DNA of 62,564 nucleotides, filler included, from It is 4 parts of 4 records of this genome, joined end to end, with 100 filler letters (N's around TTAATTAATTAA, not from the genome) between each part and the next. Parts side by side here need not be neighbours in the genome. Positions count along the whole stretch, not along the records: positions 47,079 to 62,564 come from SRR31156797_14931; 3 more parts are not named here. One strand, 5' to 3'. Shown piece by piece: positions 54,782 to 62,564 of this stretch (position 1 is its first letter; each line of letters starts with the position of its first letter). The notes under the pieces were generated by a model. It saw only the letters and a program-made list of their open reading frames with translations, ran no database searches and was not told where the DNA came from. The position numbers and the translations under genes were made by a program.

Positions 54782-55399
54782 ATGATGAAAAATCTTAAAA
54801 ACCGCGACAAAACGACCAGACTTGCCGACTTCCTCTTTGAAGTCGGCATGCTGCGTAAGACCCCGCGAACCGGATACCAGTTTCTGGGAACAGGTTCTGA
54901 ATCTGTTGCCGACCATTCCTACCGAGTGGCAGTTCTGGGATACGTATTGGCGGACATGGCTGGAGCAGACATGGCTCGCACAGTCTTCATGTGCCTTTTC
55001 CATGACCTGCATGAAGCCCGCACCGGCGATTTCAACTACGTAAATCGTATTTACAACCGCAGTTACCGGGACAAGGCTTTGCGTCACACTCTTGCCGGGA
55101 CCGGGCTTGAAGACAAGATTTTCCCCCATTGGGAAGAGCTTGAGGAATGCGAAACCCTTGAATCAAAACTGGCACAGGATGCTGACCAGCTGGACTTCAT
55201 CCTCAATCTCAAAGAAGAGCTGGATATGGGCAATCCCTATGCTGGTAAATGGCTGGAGTCAGCGCTTAAGAGGCTGCGTACTGAAGAAGGGCAGAAACTG
55301 GCCGATAAGATTGCTGAGACCGACCATAAAGACTGGTGGTACCTTGGTCCGCCTCCAAGTTGGTGGGAAAACAAAAACGGTCTTGATGATGAAGACTAA
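54782..55399 (+). CDS. HD-domain phosphohydrolase (YfbR-like)
   Basis: RTGY...ESVADHSYR, LFHDLHEARTGD, DADQLD. Confidence 0.88.
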   Translation: MMKNLKNRDKTTRLADFLFEVGMLRKTPRTGYQFLGTGSESVADHSYRVAVLGYVLADMAGADMARTVFMCLFHDLHEARTGDFNYVNRIYNRSYRDKALRHTLAGTGLEDKIFPHWEELEECETLESKLAQDADQLDFILNLKEELDMGNPYAGKWLESALKRLRTEEGQKLADKIAETDHKDWWYLGPPPSWWENKNGLDDED

Positions 55400-55584
55400 G
55401 GCTCAGTAGTGCAAAAATCGCGATAAACAAAGGGAAATGTAGTACTCACACCTCTTTCTCCCTTTTATTTTCAAGATCATTGTGTTAAGGCCACGGTTTA
55501 GACTTATGCCGAATTAGTTCATAACAAATACATTACAGAAATTTAATTAACGCATTAAAAACTATTTATGGTAATTAACTGACC

Positions 55585-56397
55585 ATGTCTCAAGCTGAAA
55601 CTGAAAAAAAAGTACTCCTGCCGTTAAGTATGGTCGGTAAGTGCTGCATGAATATCCTTGCTGAAGCGGGAGCCATGTTCATTTTCCTCATGGACGGATT
55701 GCTTCATATTTTCAGTTCACTTGGAATTTTCAATAAGACAGTAAAAGAACTCTACTTCATTGGAGTAAAATCCATTACTGTCATTTCCCTGATTGGACTT
55801 TTCACCGGGATGGTTGTCGGTCTTCAGACCCAATACGCCTTATCCAAATTCGGTTCCGAAGGTTTTCTTGGAGCAGCAGTAGCTCTTTCGCTGGTTCGCG
55901 AACTGGGACCTGTTCTCACTGCCATAATGCTCACCGGTCGGGCCGGGTCATCCATGACCGCCGAAATCGGGGTAATGCGCATATCTGAACAGATCGACGC
56001 CCTTGAACTCATGGATATCAACCCCATGAACTATCTGGTCAGTCCCAAAATTGTGGCCTCTCTTATTTCCTTCCCGATCCTGACCGCCCTCTTCGACCTG
56101 ATCGGCATTGCCGGCGGCTATATGACCGGAGTGATGCTGATGGGCGGCAACTCGGGTGTATATTGGCACCGGGTGCAAACCGCTCTGGGCTGGGATGATA
56201 TTTCCGCCGGATTCAACAAATCTCTTGTCTTTGCCATACTGGTCTGCACCGTGTGCTGTTTTCAGGGTTACTTCACCCACCACCGCAAAGACGGCAAAGG
56301 TCCCGAAGGCGTAAGCCAGGCAACAACAACCGCAGTAGTTATGTCCTGTGTGCTGGTCCTCGTAGCCGACTACATCATAACTTCCTTACTTCTCTAG
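55585..56397 (+). CDS. mlaE: MlaE-family ABC permease
   Basis: VRELGPVLTAIMLTGRAGS, AEIGVMRISEQIDAL, GVSQATT.AVV. Confidence 0.92.
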   Translation: MSQAETEKKVLLPLSMVGKCCMNILAEAGAMFIFLMDGLLHIFSSLGIFNKTVKELYFIGVKSITVISLIGLFTGMVVGLQTQYALSKFGSEGFLGAAVALSLVRELGPVLTAIMLTGRAGSSMTAEIGVMRISEQIDALELMDINPMNYLVSPKIVASLISFPILTALFDLIGIAGGYMTGVMLMGGNSGVYWHRVQTALGWDDISAGFNKSLVFAILVCTVCCFQGYFTHHRKDGKGPEGVSQATTTAVVMSCVLVLVADYIITSLLL

Positions 56398-56406
56398 AGG
56401 GACCTG

Positions 56407-57246
56407 ATGAGTACCAAGGCACCGGACATTAAAATCGAAAACCTGACCATCGGATATGATAATAATCCCGTGGTTTCCGATATCAATGCCATCCTTCCCG
56501 GAGGAGGAATTTCTGTCATTCTGGGACGCTCGGGATGCGGTAAATCAACCCTGCTCAAGAACATCCTCAAGCTGAACACTCCCATGGGTGGAGCAGTATA
56601 TCTGGGCAGGCACAATATTTATGAACTCAAACGCAAGGCCTTCCGTTGCCTGAAACAACGTATCGGTGTTCTTTTTCAAGACGGAGCACTGCTTGGGGCA
56701 CTAAATCTTTTCGACAATGTAGCCCTGCCCCTGCGTGAACATACCCGACTCAAACAGCCGGAAATTTACGAAGTAGTTAAAGCGAAACTCAGCCTCGTGG
56801 GCCTTGAAAAATTCATGGATTACTACCCCAACGAACTTTCTGGGGGCATGCGCAAAAGAGCCGGTCTGGCACGGGCCATGGTCATGGACCCGGATATCCT
56901 TTTCTGCGACGAACCCACATCAGGACTCGACCCCATCAACTCCGCCGAGCTTGACGGGCTGCTCCTTGAACTTAAAGAAAGTTTCGATATGACCATCGTT
57001 GTAGTCAGCCATGATCTGGCCAGCATGGAAACCATTGCCGATTACGTCGTAGTCCTCGGTGAAGGCAAAACACTTTTCAAAGGACAAAAGGAAGAACTTC
57101 TAACAACAGAAGAACCTTACCTGCGTCAATTTCTGGATCGAGAAGGTGAAAAACGTGAAGCTCCACGCTTGACTAAGGCTCCTCTTGATCCCTCAGTTAT
57201 GAAGATGGATTGCGCCAAATACATTGGCGACTTAAACAGCAATTAA
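56407..57246 (+). CDS. mlaF: MlaF-family ABC ATPase
   Basis: GRSGCGKST, LFQDGAL, ELSGGMRKRAGLARA, CDEPTSGLDP. Confidence 0.92.
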   Translation: MSTKAPDIKIENLTIGYDNNPVVSDINAILPGGGISVILGRSGCGKSTLLKNILKLNTPMGGAVYLGRHNIYELKRKAFRCLKQRIGVLFQDGALLGALNLFDNVALPLREHTRLKQPEIYEVVKAKLSLVGLEKFMDYYPNELSGGMRKRAGLARAMVMDPDILFCDEPTSGLDPINSAELDGLLLELKESFDMTIVVVSHDLASMETIADYVVVLGEGKTLFKGQKEELLTTEEPYLRQFLDREGEKREAPRLTKAPLDPSVMKMDCAKYIGDLNSN

Positions 57247-57264
57247 TTGGACACGGACTCCGGC

Positions 57265-57711
57265 ATGAAAAAATATCCCAAAGAGACTGCAGTCGGCATA
57301 TTTGTCTTTATCGGTCTGCTCTGTATTGTCTACATGAGCATAAAGCTCGGTGATGTACATATGTTCTCAGACGACCACTACCATGTTACTGCCAGCTTTA
57401 ACGACGTAACCGGACTTCGGGTCAACTCCCCCGTTGAAATGATGGGCGTTCCCGTTGGCTATGTAAATAAAATTGATCTCGATTTGGAAAAACAGAAAGC
57501 CGTGCTAACCTTAAGCATTAAAAAAAGGATCGAACTGACCGATGACGCTATTGCTTCGGTTAAGACCAGCGGTTTGATCGGGGATAAGTATATCAAAATT
57601 ACTCCCGGCGGGGTTGGAGATCCTATTGAACCCGGCGGCGTCATAATCGAAACAGAGTCTGCAATCGATATTGAAGACTTGATCAGCAACTATGTTTTTG
57701 GCAAAGTCTAA
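57265..57711 (+). CDS. mlaD: MlaD (MCE domain) protein
   Basis: ETAVGIFV TM, F..V.GL...SPV...GVPVG, TSGLIGDKYI. Confidence 0.92.
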   Translation: MKKYPKETAVGIFVFIGLLCIVYMSIKLGDVHMFSDDHYHVTASFNDVTGLRVNSPVEMMGVPVGYVNKIDLDLEKQKAVLTLSIKKRIELTDDAIASVKTSGLIGDKYIKITPGGVGDPIEPGGVIIETESAIDIEDLISNYVFGKV

Positions 57712-57743
57712 AAAACAACTTAATAAATAATCGGTTCTCCAAA

Positions 57744-58409
57744 ATGAAAAGAACAGTATCCATAATAATTATTGTGTTGCTCCTCAGCATTTCAGCCGGA
57801 GCGGCCTTTGCGGCAGAAAACTCCCCCATGGTCCGGCTGCGATCCGGGATTCAGGGTGTCATAGCAATTCTCAATGACCCGGAACTCAAGGGTAATCCAG
57901 CTAAACAGCAGGAAATGAACCTCAAAATCCGCGCAACCATAAAGGATTTTTTTAATTTCGAAGAACTCTCCAAGCGCTCAGTAGGACGCCCTTGGCTCAA
58001 GTTTACTCCTGAAGAAAAAGAAAGATTCGTGTCCCTTTTCACTAACCTGCTTGAGCGGACCTATCTTGGCCGCGTCGGTGAGTATTCAGGCGAAAAGGTC
58101 GCATTTGACAAAGAGACTATTATTAAGGGAAAATACGCCCAAGTTGATACCCGTTTGCTGACCGGCAAACAGGACGTCCCGGTTTTCTACCGCATGAAGC
58201 TCACTAATGGTGAGTGGAATGTTTATGACGTTAAAATTGAGGGCGTGAGTCTGGTCAAGAACTATCGCACCCAGTTTACCGGAATTATTGACACAACCAA
58301 CGATAAGACCTTCGAAGCCAGCAAGAAAGAACTTTTCAAGCGCCTTGAAGCGAAATGTGCTGAACTTAAAATGAACCCCAACGCTACTGCTGAAAACGGC
58401 ATTAAATAA
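57744..58409 (+). CDS. mlaC: MlaC/Ttg2D phospholipid-binding protein
   Basis: Signal peptide, FNFEELS..SVGRPW, WNVYDVKIEGVSLVKNYRTQF. Confidence 0.9.
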   Translation: MKRTVSIIIIVLLLSISAGAAFAAENSPMVRLRSGIQGVIAILNDPELKGNPAKQQEMNLKIRATIKDFFNFEELSKRSVGRPWLKFTPEEKERFVSLFTNLLERTYLGRVGEYSGEKVAFDKETIIKGKYAQVDTRLLTGKQDVPVFYRMKLTNGEWNVYDVKIEGVSLVKNYRTQFTGIIDTTNDKTFEASKKELFKRLEAKCAELKMNPNATAENGIK

Positions 58410-58419
58410 CGGAAAAACC

Positions 58420-59325
58420 ATGACCAGGAACTATTCCACAACAATCCTCGCCTTTCTGGTTCTGACCATGATCCTTTTGACCTTCCCTTCACAGGTAAGA
58501 TCAGAGGACACGCAGGACTCCATCATGATGGCTCAGGTCGGTTCCGGCGTAATCGGTGCCGTAAAAAACAATCCTGAAGAATTCGCTGATGATGAATTCA
58601 GCGAGGACATGTGGGGCGATTCCGAGCACAACGAAGAAGCATATGCTTCTGATCCATGGCAGGGTTACAACCGTGCTATGTTCAAGTTCAACGATTACCT
58701 GTACTTCAATGTCATGAAACCCGTTACCAAGGGGTACATGTGGATGGTTCCCCTCAGACCGAGGACTTGGACCAACAACTTTTTCCAGAACATGCTCTAC
58801 CCCGTACGCCTGACAAGCTGCCTGCTGCAGGGTAAATTCTATACAGCCGGTGCTGAGACCTCTAAATTCGTAGCCAACTCCGTTTTCGGACTCGGCGGAT
58901 TAGGAAACGTGGTCGGTGAAGCGCAATCCACCATGCCCCTTTACCTCGGCAACGAAGATCTGGGCCAGACCTTCGGAGTCTGGGGCATACCCAACGGTCC
59001 ATATTTCGTTCTGCCGTTCTTCGGTCCTTCCACTATCCGTGACTCTGTGGGCCTTGGAATCGACACCTTCGTACTCAACCCCTTCTGGTGGTTCGGCATT
59101 CCCTGGTATTACTCCGTTTCTGCCGGAGCATACAACCAGATCAACAAGCTTTCATTCCACATCGGAGAATATGAATCCCTCAAGGAAGGCTCTATTGACC
59201 CCTATCTCGCTCTCAGGGACGCTTACCTGAGTTACCGGGCCAAGCAGGTCAGAGACGCCAAGCTCGACCCTGACAAGCCTAAACCGCAAATGACCACCAA
59301 CCCGGATGCGGCACCACAAAAGTAA
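58420..59325 (+). CDS. mlaA: MlaA/VacJ family protein
   Basis: DPWQGYNRAMFKFND, FGLGGL, EDLGQTFG.WG..GPYFVLPFFGPSTIRD, DPY..LRDAY. Confidence 0.92.
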   Translation: MTRNYSTTILAFLVLTMILLTFPSQVRSEDTQDSIMMAQVGSGVIGAVKNNPEEFADDEFSEDMWGDSEHNEEAYASDPWQGYNRAMFKFNDYLYFNVMKPVTKGYMWMVPLRPRTWTNNFFQNMLYPVRLTSCLLQGKFYTAGAETSKFVANSVFGLGGLGNVVGEAQSTMPLYLGNEDLGQTFGVWGIPNGPYFVLPFFGPSTIRDSVGLGIDTFVLNPFWWFGIPWYYSVSAGAYNQINKLSFHIGEYESLKEGSIDPYLALRDAYLSYRAKQVRDAKLDPDKPKPQMTTNPDAAPQK

Positions 59326-59330
59326 GCACC

Positions 59331-59822
59331 GTGAAAATCGCAGTTATATCTGACACCCACCTCCGTGAGCCGGATAAAAGGCTTACGGAGGTTTTTAATA
59401 AGTATCTGGCAGATGCAGACCTGCTCCTGCATTGCGGTGACCTGACCACTTTTTCCATGTGGCAATTTTTCTGCCAGCATCCCAATTTCCATGCCGCATT
59501 GGGCAATTGTGATGAATGGGCACTTTCCGATTATTTACAACCGCTGGAATCTGTAAACTTCCACGGCTTACGCATCGGCATCGCTCACGGCTGGGGTTCA
59601 CGCTCACAGGTTTCACTCAATGTAGCCCAATCCTTCGGGCCTGATTTTGATCTGGTCTGCTACGGACACACCCATATTCAGGACTGGTCCGTTGTCAGCG
59701 GAGTTCAGATGCTCAATCCCGGCAGTCTGACCTCACCACGTGATGAACGGCCACCCTGCGTGGCTGTCGTTGAAGTAGATGACGAGCAGAACATGGAATG
59801 CTCATTCGTTCCGGTGGATTAA
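59331..59822 (+). CDS. YfcE-family metallophosphoesterase
   Basis: ISDTH, HCGD, GNCD, HG, GHTH, NPGS. Confidence 0.9.
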   Translation: MKIAVISDTHLREPDKRLTEVFNKYLADADLLLHCGDLTTFSMWQFFCQHPNFHAALGNCDEWALSDYLQPLESVNFHGLRIGIAHGWGSRSQVSLNVAQSFGPDFDLVCYGHTHIQDWSVVSGVQMLNPGSLTSPRDERPPCVAVVEVDDEQNMECSFVPVD

Positions 59823-59909
59823 TATGCCTCCGGAGGCTTAAAACTTTTGTAAATAGGTTTACGAACTCCAAAATTTTTCAATAAATTTCGCACAAACACA
59901 CAAAGAATG

Positions 59910-59963
59910 TTTTATAAAAAAGGCCGTAATATCTTGTTGGATATTACGGCCTTTTTTATAAAA
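59910..59963. terminator. Bidirectional terminator
   Basis: 24-bp perfect IR TTTTATAAAAAAGGCCGTAATATC / GATATTACGGCCTTTTTTATAAAA between convergent genes. Confidence 0.85.
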
Positions 59964-59976
59964 ATGATTCGTTCAA

Positions 59977-60198
59977 TTAAGCATATGGATCTGTCAGGAG
60001 TTTATATTCTCCGTCTTTTTCCTCAAGAATCCCTTTACCTGTCATTTCGGCAAGCAGTTCCAAAAGCTTGTCGGTTTCGCCCGGAGCAAGCACCTTTCCC
60101 CCTTCCATCTTCAGATAGGACGGCGGCAAATAGTCTGCTTTGCCTCTTCTGAAAAGTGCTATCAAAAACCTGTCGGTTATTTTTTTTACTCCTGCCAT
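59977..60198 (-). CDS. Small hypothetical protein
   Basis: AAGGAGG RBS; 73 aa; 25 nt downstream of MarC. Confidence 0.7.
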   Translation of the reverse strand: MAGVKKITDRFLIALFRRGKADYLPPSYLKMEGGKVLAPGETDKLLELLAEMTGKGILEEKDGEYKLLTDPYA

Positions 60199-60223
60199 TG
60201 CGAATCCTCCTTTTCCGTAACAA

Positions 60224-60823
60224 CTAGTTCAGCATGAAATTGCGTACCCCGGTAAAGAATATCTGGGCAGCGATGGATGCGACAAACAGCCCGGTCAAAC
60301 GACTCATGATGTTCAGCCCTCTTCTTCCAAGGAGACGTTTGAGGCTTGAGGAGATAAATAACAGAATTCCTACTGTTAATACAGCGGCAACAAGTGCGCT
60401 GCAGGCAAAAAACATATCTTTGTAGCCCTGCACGCCCGAGCCCATGACCAGCAAAGCACCTATGGTTCCCGGACCAACCACGATGGGGATAGCCAGAGGC
60501 ACAACAGCAATATCATCATCCTCGTTACCGGCATCAAATTTCTTGCCTCCGCCGTTGACCATATTCAAAGCGGAAAGGAAGAGAACCGCTCCGGCACCGA
60601 TACGGAAAGCATCAAGGGTAATACCGAACAGATCAAAGATATACCTGCCATAAAGGTATAGGATCACAGAGCTGACGATAACAGCCACAGTTACCTTCAC
60701 AGCCGTTTTTTTTCGCTCACCGGGAGTCATTTCCTGAGTCAGGGACAGGAACGCTGAGATCGCGAAAAACGGGGTCAGAACAAAGAAAAGTTTTAAATAG
60801 GTTTGAAAGAATAATGCGAGCAT
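60224..60823 (-). CDS. MarC-family membrane protein
   Basis: LFGITLDAFRIGAG, IAVVPLAIPIVVGPGTI, SRLTGLFV. Confidence 0.9.
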   Translation of the reverse strand: MLALFFQTYLKLFFVLTPFFAISAFLSLTQEMTPGERKKTAVKVTVAVIVSSVILYLYGRYIFDLFGITLDAFRIGAGAVLFLSALNMVNGGGKKFDAGNEDDDIAVVPLAIPIVVGPGTIGALLVMGSGVQGYKDMFFACSALVAAVLTVGILLFISSSLKRLLGRRGLNIMSRLTGLFVASIAAQIFFTGVRNFMLN

Positions 60824-61094
60824 GTTTCTTCACTCACTTGTTTATTTATATTGTTTTTGGATTGGGCCTCACACCCATGTGATCAAAATTGATGCCGCTC
60901 TCTACACCTCATTGATTATACAATCAATACAATTTTAGCCCAAAGATAAACTTATCTTTCAACCTCTACTTATTCCCATATAAAATCTATTCTTTACATT
61001 TCCCTTTCTTTCCACTTTTGAGCTGTGTTACAAACGTTAAAACGACACATGTATATTTTACATAATAGTGCTGTTTCCACATAAGGAGGTTCTT

Positions 61095-62564
61095 ATGTTG
61101 AAAAACATGAAACTGGCTATGAAATTGGGATTAAGTTTTGGACTCATGATATTACTGACCGTTGCAATGGCCTATGTCGGCCATAACGGAATGGGTGGCA
61201 TTGAGGACAGGGTTGACAAGGCCGATGACGTAAACCGCATGGTCCGCGTTATTCTTGAAACCCGCATGAGTGAAAAAAACTATATACTGCGTTCTGACAA
61301 TACCTATCTGCAAAAACATAAGGAATTAATAAGTACCCTCAGAAAACAGATAAAAACCACAAATCAAAAATTCGCACAAAAAGTCAACCATGACCAAATG
61401 GCTGAATTGGGGAATGCTGTAGACAGATACGAAGCAGCCTTTGCCCATTACGCTGAACTGGTAAGGAAAAGGGCCGAAACCATGGAATTAATGCGCGCAG
61501 ATGCTCGCTCGGCCCTTTCTGAACTAGAAACAGTCCGCTCTGAACAGAAAGAACAACTGGAATCCATACTTGCCGAGACAAAGCGAAAAATTGAAAGCGG
61601 AATAATTAAGTCTGAATTCCAGACCATTGGTTCGCTCTACAATGCCGGACAGCAAAATGTTGCGGACAAGCTGGCCAAGGCAGATGATGCAAACCGGGCC
61701 ATCAAATGGTTCATCACCGCCCGTAAAAATGAGAAAGAGTACATAATCTCATCTGAACCCAAATATCTTGAGCTGGTCAAAACAGACATTGTAAGAATTG
61801 AAAAATTGACCAGCAACTTGAAGCAGAGATTCAACAGCCCTGCCAACATCGCTCAGGTTGAAACCGTACTCAAATCCATTTCAGGTTACTACAGCAACTT
61901 TCAAAGCTATACCGAACTAATGGCCCTTCAGGTTGAAGCTGAAAAAGTTATGGTTGAATCCGCACGAGCCGCTGACGCAGAGTGCCGTGCAGCCCGGGCA
62001 GACCAAAAAGCCAAAATGCTGGCCCAGATGGAAACATCAACCACAATCCTTTTCAGCGGCGCATTGATCGCGTTGATCATTGGTATGCTGACCGCTTTCG
62101 TCCTCACTAAAGCCATTACCGGACCGATCCAGATGGGTGTCCGCTTTGCACAGCGCATGGCTCAGGGTGATTTTACGCGCACTTTGGACATTAACCAAAA
62201 AGATGAAGTGGGCATTCTTGCCGCAGCCCTGAATAATATGGTCAACCGCCTTTCCATCGTTGTTGGTGAAGTGGGCGGTGCCAGTGAAAACGTAGCTTCA
62301 GGTAGTGAAGAACTTTCCGCCACTGCGGAATCGCTTTCCCAAGCATCAACAGAACAGGCTGCCAACGTGGAAGAGGTATCATCCTCCATGGAAGAAATGA
62401 CCGCCAATATCAGGCAGAACGCGGAGAATGCCCAACAGACAGAAAGCATTGCCGTGCAATCCGCTCAACAGGCCGAAGAAAGCGGACAAGCTGTAACTCA
62501 AGCCGTTGATGCCATGAAAAATATCGCGGAAAAAATTTCCATCATTGAGGAAATCGCCCGCCAG
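61095..62564 (+). CDS. Methyl-accepting chemotaxis protein with HBM-like periplasmic domain (3' end truncated)
   Basis: Not in the ORF track. AAGGAGG RBS, then ATG 61095: [16 protein letters not shown] (TM1), two related ADD.NR...R..EK.Y modules, TM2, HAMP (ITGPI...KDEVG), methylation region ([11 protein letters not shown]), ends [10 protein letters not shown]. Confidence 0.92.
   Translation, partial: MLKNMKLAMKLGLSFGLMILLTVAMAYVGHNGMGGIEDRVDKADDVNRMVRVILETRMSEKNYILRSDNTYLQKHKELISTLRKQIKTTNQKFAQKVNHDQMAELGNAVDRYEAAFAHYAELVRKRAETMELMRADARSALSELETVRSEQKEQLESILAETKRKIESGIIKSEFQTIGSLYNAGQQNVADKLAKADDANRAIKWFITARKNEKEYIISSEPKYLELVKTDIVRIEKLTSNLKQRFNSPANIAQVETVLKSISGYYSNFQSYTELMALQVEAEKVMVESARAADAECRAARADQKAKMLAQMETSTTILFSGALIALIIGMLTAFVLTKAITGPIQMGVRFAQRMAQGDFTRTLDINQKDEVGILAAALNNMVNRLSIVVGEVGGASENVASGSEELSATAESLSQASTEQAANVEEVSSSMEEMTANIRQNAENAQQTESIAVQSAQQAEESGQAVTQAVDAMKNIAEKISIIEEIARQ

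Noticed and set aside
55585-59325. mlaEFDCA cluster lacking mlaB
   Set aside because: Ordinary arrangement outside enterobacteria; not considered novel.
61095-62564. Both window ends stop within the conserved MCP signalling tip
   Set aside because: Best explained by assembly breaks at multi-copy MCP sequence; the two genes come from different organisms.

Overview
This window is not one locus. It is four unrelated contigs joined by artificial 100-nt spacers (44 N + TTAATTAATTAA + 44 N) at 24834-24933, 40323-40422 and 46979-47078, so no synteny can be read across the joins. Contig A (1-24833) is very AT-rich, probably Fusobacteriota- or clostridia-like (inference). It has a glucarate/galactarate catabolic operon (gudD, tctCBA, garD, a DapA-family aldolase in place of garL, garR), a DUF296 gene and a partial chemoreceptor. 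It also has two orphan TctC genes, a LytS/LytTR system with recognisable direct-repeat boxes, an AAA-PD-(D/E)XK gene, an IS6 scar and a mobilisation module (1334-aa MOBP relaxase with internal repeats, mobC, oriT-like region). Contig B (24934-40322) is Desulfobacterota-like. It has a tight SidJ-related pseudokinase / DUF3786 / lysine 2,3-aminomutase cluster, then a beta-CASP nuclease, TrpB2, MocA-like, purA, mnmG, an orphan RND adaptor and a degenerate-PHP membrane protein. Contig C (40423-46978) is the end of a defence island beside a tRNA 3' end: hsdS(partial), GmrSD, hsdR, SIR2-like NADase. Contig D (47079-62564) is Desulfovibrionaceae-like housekeeping DNA: sat end, a chorismate-mutase/pseudo-AroA fusion, aconitase, ppiD, argJ, HD protein, mlaEFDCA, MarC and a partial MCP. 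The best candidates for undescribed systems are (i) the SidJ-like ligase plus beta-lysine-forming aminomutase operon and (ii) the type I RM operon carrying both GmrSD and a SIR2 effector. All calls come from reading motifs; no searches were run.
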